Shown one piece after another: positions 57,692 through 64,000 of a stretch of 64,000 bases of DNA. The position numbers and the translations under genes are program-made. This DNA is from a virus: the IMG/VR virus record IMGVR_UViG_3300024262_000026, positions 1-64,000 of that record, one strand, 5' to 3'. Every line of letters begins with the position of its first letter. Position 1 is the first letter of the stretch. The notes under the pieces were generated by a model that worked only from the letters and a program-made list of their open reading frames with translations, was not told the DNA's origin and did no database searches.

Positions 57692-58690
57692 ATGGACCCA
57701 AATAAAAATTATTATAATATATTAGATGTAGATAAGAATTCTACTGATGCTGACATCAAAAAATCATATAGAAAAAAGGCAAACGAAACCCATCCCGATA
57801 AGCAAGGCGGGGATGATAAAAAATTTAAAGAAATTAATGAAGCTTATCAAGTTTTAGGTGATAAACAAAAGAAAACTAGATATGATTCGCAAAGTCCTCA
57901 CGGAAAAAATTTCACAGGAGGGGGATTTGGTAATTTTGGGGGGTTTAGTTTCAATCACGATCCTTTTTCAGCATTTGAACAATTTTTTAGGGGAGGCTTT
58001 CAACACCAAACACAACGACAACAGCGGGAAGATTTCCAAGAAGATTTGGATATTGTCGCAAATATGAATGTTGATCTGAAAAGAATATATGAAAATAAAC
58101 CCATCACAATTAAATATAAGAAAAGAGCAAAATGTTCAAGTTGTAAAGCCACAGGGTTTGATAGAAATAGTGAATCTTTTGGTTGTGAAGTTTGTGATGG
58201 TAAAGGTAAAGATCTTTATGGCTTTAGATGTGAATCTTGTTTAGGTGAAGGTAAAATATACTCTGGAACCTGTAAAGTGTGTAATGGTGAAAAAGTTATT
58301 CTTACTGAACAAGAAATTGTTTTAGAAAAAACATATACCATCAGAAACTCAACAAAGAACATTAATAGAGGTTTTGGACATCATTCGAAATATTATAGAG
58401 AAAAGGTCGGCTCATTGATAGTTAATATCAATTTTGTTAAAGATGAAAACTATGAAATTAAGAATTATAACCTTCATCACACAAAAAATATTCACTTTCA
58501 AGACGCTATCGAAGGTAAAGAAATAATATATACTCATGTGGATAAATCTCAAATAAAAATAAAACTACCTGAGAAAACTAATGAAGGCGAACTTATCAGA
58601 TTAAAAGATAAAGGTTTACTCAAAGACGACAACACAAGAGGAGATCTATACATAAAGGTTAATATAACAATAGATTATGATAGACTTTGA
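57692..58690 (+). CDS. dnaJ: DnaJ chaperone (class A-like)
   Basis: J-domain HPD, G/F-rich region, four CxxCxxxG-type motifs, GDLYI. Confidence 0.93.
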   Translation: MDPNKNYYNILDVDKNSTDADIKKSYRKKANETHPDKQGGDDKKFKEINEAYQVLGDKQKKTRYDSQSPHGKNFTGGGFGNFGGFSFNHDPFSAFEQFFRGGFQHQTQRQQREDFQEDLDIVANMNVDLKRIYENKPITIKYKKRAKCSSCKATGFDRNSESFGCEVCDGKGKDLYGFRCESCLGEGKIYSGTCKVCNGEKVILTEQEIVLEKTYTIRNSTKNINRGFGHHSKYYREKVGSLIVNINFVKDENYEIKNYNLHHTKNIHFQDAIEGKEIIYTHVDKSQIKIKLPEKTNEGELIRLKDKGLLKDDNTRGDLYIKVNITIDYDRL

Positions 58691-58973
58691 AAATAATTTT
58701 TATTTTTACTCAGAAGAAAAATCAAAATTGAAATTTTATTCTGATGAATTTGAAAAATTGCTTTCTAGATGTGGAATAATATTAGAAAATATTGAATTAG
58801 ATAAGGAAACTGGTGATATTTATTGTTATGTTGATGGTATCAATTATGATAAACTAAATTGTCAAAAATTTGATGAAATATTAAAAAATAATGTCCCATA
58901 CATATTAGACATATTTCTGGAACATGATTATTTTATATTAACATTTAATGTAAAAAATATTGAATTATCCTAA
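58677..58973 (+). CDS. Hypothetical protein
   Basis: 98 aa, overlaps dnaJ stop. Confidence 0.6.
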   Translation: MIDFENNFYFYSEEKSKLKFYSDEFEKLLSRCGIILENIELDKETGDIYCYVDGINYDKLNCQKFDEILKNNVPYILDIFLEHDYFILTFNVKNIELS

Positions 58974-59243
58974 TTCATCTAATTCGTCTCTAAGTTCCTT
59001 CAATTCAACATTAAAATTATCTATCATATAGCCTAATATATTTTGTTGAAAAATTTCAGTTGTTAATTTGCCTTCCTTTAACTCTATCTCAACTTCTTGA
59101 GCCCCTATCTTTGGATCAATAAAAACTGTTGAAACTTTAAAAGATTTACCATCTCTGATTCGTTCTAATTGTAAAATTGTATTTTCCAATTCGTTTATTC
59201 TTTCAAATAATGCTGCGGCTTGTTGAGCAATATCTATTCTCAT
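58965..59243 (-). CDS. Hypothetical protein
   Basis: 92 aa; late motif upstream. Confidence 0.7.
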   Translation of the reverse strand: MRIDIAQQAAALFERINELENTILQLERIRDGKSFKVSTVFIDPKIGAQEVEIELKEGKLTTEIFQQNILGYMIDNFNVELKELRDELDELG

Positions 59244-59291
59244 TATAATTCTTTTTTCTTTATATATTAATAGAATGTTGCTTCCTTGATT

Positions 59292-59870
59292 TTACTCGTT
59301 TCTCTTCTTAATACCTTCAGCCTTTTTAATCAATTCACGGACTTCAGCACTCGCCAATTTCTCCCAAGTCGATTTCAATATTTTCAATTTAGGTTCTTCC
59401 CAAACACAAGTTTGTTTTTGACTTTTAATTGATTTGATAACTTCCGTAGGTTTTTCATCAAATTCCCAAACAAGATAGTAATCACTTTCAACATCAAATT
59501 TAACTTTATCAGATTTGGTTAACTTAATATTAAATTTCATAATATATTTAGAAACTGTATCAGAAACTTTCTCTTCATTCTTTTTACTAAACTTTAGTCC
59601 AACTTTATATGCTCTTTTCTTTAAAACATTCTCTGAATAATCCATTGCCAAAACTTCATTATAATCAAGTTTATAATCTTTATCAGAAACTTCAAATATT
59701 ACAGCACTTGGTAATCCATCTTTATATTCAAAATGTAAATTTCTTGTTTTATCAAACATCTCAGATGCAATTTTTTTAGCATCTCTTTCAATTTCATTCT
59801 TTGCTTTATTAGCACCTTCTGGTTCTTTCTTTTCATTTAAAAATTGAGTAAATTTATATAACTTTTTCAT
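59292..59870 (-). CDS. Hypothetical protein with capsid-targeting-like N-terminus
   Basis: MKKLYKFTQFLNE. Confidence 0.78.
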   Translation of the reverse strand: MKKLYKFTQFLNEKKEPEGANKAKNEIERDAKKIASEMFDKTRNLHFEYKDGLPSAVIFEVSDKDYKLDYNEVLAMDYSENVLKKRAYKVGLKFSKKNEEKVSDTVSKYIMKFNIKLTKSDKVKFDVESDYYLVWEFDEKPTEVIKSIKSQKQTCVWEEPKLKILKSTWEKLASAEVRELIKKAEGIKKRNE

Positions 59871-59886
59871 AATTTATTTTTATTTT

Positions 59887-61050
59887 TTAAACCTTATAAA
59901 CCTTTGATTTATAAGGTTTAATTATATCTTGGTTTTTATCTGGATAAGGTATTACAGATAATATATATCTAATACCATTTAACTGTCCTAATTTTTTATC
60001 ATTCATATCAACAACCACCCAAGGTGCAATATCCGTTGATGTTTTAGCAAACATTTGTTCTTTATAAAATGTAAATCTATCATATCTATCAACAGCCTTA
60101 GCATCGCTTGGACTAAACTTCCACCATTTTATTGGACTCGCTTGCCTTAAAGCAAATCTATATTCTTGTGTTTCTTTTTCAATTGAAAACCAAAATTTTA
60201 TAAGAGTAACACCACCATCAATTATTTTTTCTTCAAATGGTACAACATCTTCAATAAATTTCTTATACTGATCCTCTGTACAAAATCCATTAACAGGGTC
60301 ATTAACTGCTCTGTTATAATAACTTCTATCAAAAAATGTTAAATGTCCTTTAGGCGGCAAAACATCCTCATATCTATCAAACCAATGTTGTTGATCATAT
60401 TGTGTTGGAATACCAAACCATTCATGATCAACAATTTTCTCATTTGTAAAACCTTCAATTAATTTTATAAAAGAACCTTTACCAGCGGAATCTCTACCGT
60501 CACAAGTTACTAATACTCTCATACCAGAATCTTTAATGTATTCTGTCATTTTAACCAACTCAATTGAAAGAGCATCCAGTTCACTTTTAAAAATTTCTTT
60601 AGAAATTTTTCTTTGAGTTTTTGTTTTTTTCTTTAGTTCTTTTACCTTTTTAAATTTATCTTTAACATCCGATTTTGAGAAATCTTGATCTATCTTATCA
60701 AATATTCTTGGTAAATCAGATATATAACCTTTAAAATATTTGATAGCAGAGTCTTTACCATCTATTTTATTCTTTATTGTTAATGCTTTAAAAAATGAAT
60801 CTAACTCCAATAATCTATATAAGTTGTCTCCAAATTTACGGTGGGCATCATTTTTAATTTTAATTGGATCTGAATTTTTCTCAAAATCACTAAAAAATTT
60901 ATCAATAGTATTAACTATTTGTTCATCATCTAAATCACTATTAGCACTATCATAATTAACTGAGAATTCTGGATACGATGATGTTGATGTATAATAAGAT
61001 GGTTTATCTATCTTATACTCTAAAAATGGTTGAAATTTCTTAATACTCAC
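59887..61050 (-). CDS. ppk2: Polyphosphate kinase 2 with N-terminal extension
   Basis: GRDSAGKG, FDRSYYNRA, KFWFSI, WKFSPSD, APWVVV; GTG start. Confidence 0.92.
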   Translation of the reverse strand: MSIKKFQPFLEYKIDKPSYYTSTSSYPEFSVNYDSANSDLDDEQIVNTIDKFFSDFEKNSDPIKIKNDAHRKFGDNLYRLLELDSFFKALTIKNKIDGKDSAIKYFKGYISDLPRIFDKIDQDFSKSDVKDKFKKVKELKKKTKTQRKISKEIFKSELDALSIELVKMTEYIKDSGMRVLVTCDGRDSAGKGSFIKLIEGFTNEKIVDHEWFGIPTQYDQQHWFDRYEDVLPPKGHLTFFDRSYYNRAVNDPVNGFCTEDQYKKFIEDVVPFEEKIIDGGVTLIKFWFSIEKETQEYRFALRQASPIKWWKFSPSDAKAVDRYDRFTFYKEQMFAKTSTDIAPWVVVDMNDKKLGQLNGIRYILSVIPYPDKNQDIIKPYKSKVYKV

Positions 61051-61126
61051 TTCAAAAAACTTTTTTTATTATATATAAAAAATGAAAATTAAAAAACAAA
61101 CCAGAAAAAACAATATATAACCAACT

Positions 61127-61321
61127 ATGTTAATAATAAAAGTAAAAAAAGGTGAAAATATAGACATTGCGTTAAAACGATATAAATTTAAATATCGTAA
61201 AACGAAAGTATCTGAACAACTCAGAGAAAGAATGGAATATACAAAACCATCCGTTAAAAAACGAGCACAGAAGCAAAAAGCCAAATATCTTAATAAGAAA
61301 GAACAAGATGAAAATAAATAA
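61127..61321 (+). CDS. rpsU: Ribosomal protein bS21
   Basis: VKKGENIDIALKRYK..LRERMEYTKPSVKKR..KAKY. Confidence 0.95.
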   Translation: MLIIKVKKGENIDIALKRYKFKYRKTKVSEQLRERMEYTKPSVKKRAQKQKAKYLNKKEQDENK

Positions 61322-61346
61322 AAAAGAGAATCAAGTTGATTCTCTT
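61321..61346. terminator. Terminator between convergent genes
   Basis: aagagaatcaa/ttgattctctt. Confidence 0.7.
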
Positions 61347-61365
61347 AATTTTATTGTCAAGTTAG

Positions 61366-61740
61366 TTAAAAATTGATAGGTTTTGATTCATCATTAATTA
61401 TCAATGAACATTTGTTATCTTTCAGATATTTTTCAGCTATTTTTATTCTCTCCATTTCATCCTTAGCAGAATCTAATAGTTCTCTTTTTTCCTCAGGTAG
61501 TTCAGGAATAATATCACGAAGTTCCATCAATGTTTCATTAAAAGGACTCATAGGAGTCACAATAGACATATCTTCCAATATTGTAAATTGCCAAGGTGAC
61601 ATACCAGAATATACAACTATTTTTGGTATAGAATCTAATTTATAATGTGGAAAATACTCTTTGGACATTTTATGATTATCATAATGAGAATATTTCACAT
61701 TCATTATTTCACATATCTTTTTTACAATTGCTTCTTCCAT
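61366..61740 (-). CDS. Hypothetical protein
   Basis: 124-aa ORF. Confidence 0.7.
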   Translation of the reverse strand: MEEAIVKKICEIMNVKYSHYDNHKMSKEYFPHYKLDSIPKIVVYSGMSPWQFTILEDMSIVTPMSPFNETLMELRDIIPELPEEKRELLDSAKDEMERIKIAEKYLKDNKCSLIINDESKPINF

Positions 61741-61981
61741 AAATTGAATTTCGCTTTAAAATGTCTATTAATAACTTAACTTCTTCAGCATTTGAAAAGA
61801 AAAAATCAGTTTCATTAAATAATTCAACACCAAAATCTTCACCATCATCATTAGTTGTTGATATTAAACAAAACCCATTTAAAAATTCATAAGTAAAGTA
61901 ATAAAAGTCAGTATCACCACTTTCTTCTGCGGTTACTATCTCTTTAGTAAATCCTAATTTTTCTAATTCTTTTTCTTTCAT
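61709..61981 (-). CDS. Hypothetical protein
   Basis: MKEKELEKLGF-type phage ORF. Confidence 0.7.
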   Translation of the reverse strand: MKEKELEKLGFTKEIVTAEESGDTDFYYFTYEFLNGFCLISTTNDDGEDFGVELFNETDFFFSNAEEVKLLIDILKRNSIYGRSNCKKDM

Positions 61982-61994
61982 AATTTATAATTTG

Positions 61995-62237
61995 TTACAG
62001 TTTTTTAAATTCATTAATAAATAATATTTCATCTGGTGTAAAAACAAAATCCAATTTCTTATCTAAACTCTTAAACACAAATTCTTGATATGTCTTATTG
62101 TTTTTGTTATTTTTAAACCTAGAATGTAATTTGACAGGAGTGTTCATATAACCATACCAAGCACCTGTAATGTAATATATTACATTCTTCTCACAATCTT
62201 TTGCTGCAATTTCATTATCACACAAATCTTCTTTCAT
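61995..62237 (-). CDS. Hypothetical protein
   Basis: 80-aa ORF. Confidence 0.65.
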   Translation of the reverse strand: MKEDLCDNEIAAKDCEKNVIYYITGAWYGYMNTPVKLHSRFKNNKNNKTYQEFVFKSLDKKLDFVFTPDEILFINEFKKL

Positions 62238-62277
62238 TTTATATTCAATTTTTCATATAAATAAATGAAAGGTAATT

Positions 62278-63699
62278 TTACTTACCTCTCATTTTTCTCA
62301 TTTGTTTACGATTTTTAGTTTCATCCTTTTCAGATTTGGCTTTTAACCTTTTTTCTTTCCAAGTCATAGATTCACCTTTATCTTTCAAATTTAAGATAGG
62401 TTTAACTCTATCTAAAATTTTAGCGGTTGGAGCAATTGCAGCCTCAATAAAAGCACTCTTCTTGTAGGATTGTGGGGATTCATCCAAAGTTGCTTTACAC
62501 ACACTTGTAGATACTACATCCTTCATTCTAAACTGGAAATCTTTCAAGTCAACTTTCCTAGACGCTTCACCTCTTGACATAATCCTACCCGCCCCGTGAC
62601 AAGCTGAATTGTTCCAATCAGGATTAGATTTACCTTCACAAATTAACATACCATCAGCCATATTTAATGGAATAACCATTCTTTCACCAATATATGAAGA
62701 AATAGCACCCTTGCGAATAATCATATCTTCGAAGTTGATGAAATTGTGAATTGAGTGAATAGTATCTAAAATTTTAATATTCAATTTGTTGACAACAAGT
62801 TCTATCATTCTTGTTCTATTAAAATCTGCATATTTCTGTGCAAAAATCATATCCATAAAATAGTTGATAGCGTCCTGTCCTTCCAAAAATTCCATACCAT
62901 TGATATTAAAATCAAAATCTAAACCTAAATCCTGTTTTGCTTTTTTAATTTCGTTAGGTATGTCTCTTCCTGGAAACTGTTCTTTAATTTCCCTAATCTT
63001 ATCAGTTAAAACGACTTTTCTTTTGTTATCTAATATGCTTTTCGCATTATTTTGGTGATACTCACAAATCATTTTTCCGAAATTTCTTGAACCTGAGTGA
63101 ACAGTAATCCAAATATCGCCAGTATTTTCTGACACACCTACTTCCCAATAGTGATTGCCGCCTCCCAGAGTACCAACAGCCAATTCTGCATCTTGCTTCA
63201 TGCCAATTTCTTTTTGTTTCTTCAAAAACCAATCATATGAATATCTCACATAATCAAAGTTTGTGTTAAACTTCTTATTATATTTCATAATAAAATTACG
63301 AGCAGATTCTGTTGCTTCATCAAATTTGAAATTCTTCTCAAAATATTTTGATGGAATTGAACTTCTTTGGTGTATTTTATTTCCCATAGGAACAACATCC
63401 CTAATATATTCATCAATTTTCAACAATTTATCTTTATTTAAAGAAACTTGATTACCTACATTAGCAGACAAAACTCCACAACCAATATCTACAGAAATAC
63501 TGTTGGGTAAAACTTTTTCTCCCAAAGGCATTGAGAATCCGACTGGTGCAGATTTTCCTGCATGACAATCGGGCATCATAACAATTTTACCATCAAAAGC
63601 CACATGGTTAGTCATAGCGTAAACTTGCTGTAAACATGCTTCTTCAATATCATCAATCGTTATTAACGCATCTGTGTATTTTCCTTTAATTTTTAACAT
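62278..63699 (-). CDS. rtcB: RtcB RNA ligase
   Basis: MPDCHAG, VDIGCG, GTLGGGNHY, HSGSR, HN, RKGA, HGAGR. Confidence 0.95.
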   Translation of the reverse strand: MLKIKGKYTDALITIDDIEEACLQQVYAMTNHVAFDGKIVMMPDCHAGKSAPVGFSMPLGEKVLPNSISVDIGCGVLSANVGNQVSLNKDKLLKIDEYIRDVVPMGNKIHQRSSIPSKYFEKNFKFDEATESARNFIMKYNKKFNTNFDYVRYSYDWFLKKQKEIGMKQDAELAVGTLGGGNHYWEVGVSENTGDIWITVHSGSRNFGKMICEYHQNNAKSILDNKRKVVLTDKIREIKEQFPGRDIPNEIKKAKQDLGLDFDFNINGMEFLEGQDAINYFMDMIFAQKYADFNRTRMIELVVNKLNIKILDTIHSIHNFINFEDMIIRKGAISSYIGERMVIPLNMADGMLICEGKSNPDWNNSACHGAGRIMSRGEASRKVDLKDFQFRMKDVVSTSVCKATLDESPQSYKKSAFIEAAIAPTAKILDRVKPILNLKDKGESMTWKEKRLKAKSEKDETKNRKQMRKMRGK

Positions 63700-63715
63700 A
63701 ATTTCTAATTTTTTA

Positions 63716-63723
63716 CAAAGATA
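63716..63723 (-). promoter_or_regulatory. Bacteroidota -7 element TAnnTTTG
   Basis: TATCTTTG on the - strand upstream of rtcB. Confidence 0.7.
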
Positions 63724-63732
63724 TAAAAATAT

Positions 63733-64000
63733 TTAATATAAAAAATATATTTTCTTTAATTTCCAACCTTTTTTAACTTTATTATATCTATATCCATTTA
63801 TTACTTCACAATTTTCAAATTGTTGATAATTTAAATCATAATTTTTTAATTCTCTTTTAATACCACCTTCAATTATATATTTTTCTCCAATAGGAGATAT
63901 CAATTCCCATAAACAACCATTTGGATTTTTTAATCCCATTTTACTTTCTGATATTTTCTTTCTAACTTCTACTCTTCGTGATGGACTATTATATCCTGTT
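63733..64000 (-). CDS. C-terminal part of a NUMOD3-type homing endonuclease (truncated by window)
   Basis: Frame is open to the window end: GYNSPSRRVEVRKKISESKMGLKNPN..LISPIGEKYII. Confidence 0.55.
   Translation of the reverse strand, partial: TGYNSPSRRVEVRKKISESKMGLKNPNGCLWELISPIGEKYIIEGGIKRELKNYDLNYQQFENCEVINGYRYNKVKKGWKLKKIYFLY

Noticed and set aside
1-64000. Stop-codon reassignment as in some large Bacteroidota phages
   Set aside because: Conserved genes are full-length and densely packed under the standard code, and TAA, TAG and TGA all terminate genes.
1-64000. tRNA or rRNA genes
   Set aside because: No cloverleaf or T-loop signature seen by eye in the short intergenic gaps; tRNAscan was not run.

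Overview
Very AT-rich 64 kb segment of a large T4-like (contractile-tailed) jumbo phage genome read in the standard genetic code. The host is probably a Bacteroidota: TAnnTTTG promoters, SD-less A-rich starts, and a Bacteroidota-type bS21 with Tyr54. It contains tail tube, sheath and baseplate genes, UvsX/RecA, a DnaB-like helicase, an intein-containing class II RNR, an ECF sigma factor, a MoxR/VWA pair, rhomboid, glycosyl- and methyltransferases, IMPDH, PPK2, DnaJ, RtcB and five homing-endonuclease-like genes. The most unusual signal is at 34.5-46.5 kb, an array of about 13 small, mostly unrelated ORFs ending in the same peptide, R-x-x-K-L-x-x-[IL]. In 9 of them the next gene's ATG lies exactly 25 nt after the first base of the Arg codon. 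Several cargo domains look like degenerate pieces of virion or replication proteins (tail tube, portal, major capsid, dead gp47), which suggests a tagged decoy or adaptor library. A second, N-terminal tag resembling the T4 capsid-targeting sequence marks about 13 putative late proteins, including enzymes. Three promoter classes and a candidate ~190-nt structured RNA are also visible. All family calls come from motif recognition by eye; no searches were run.
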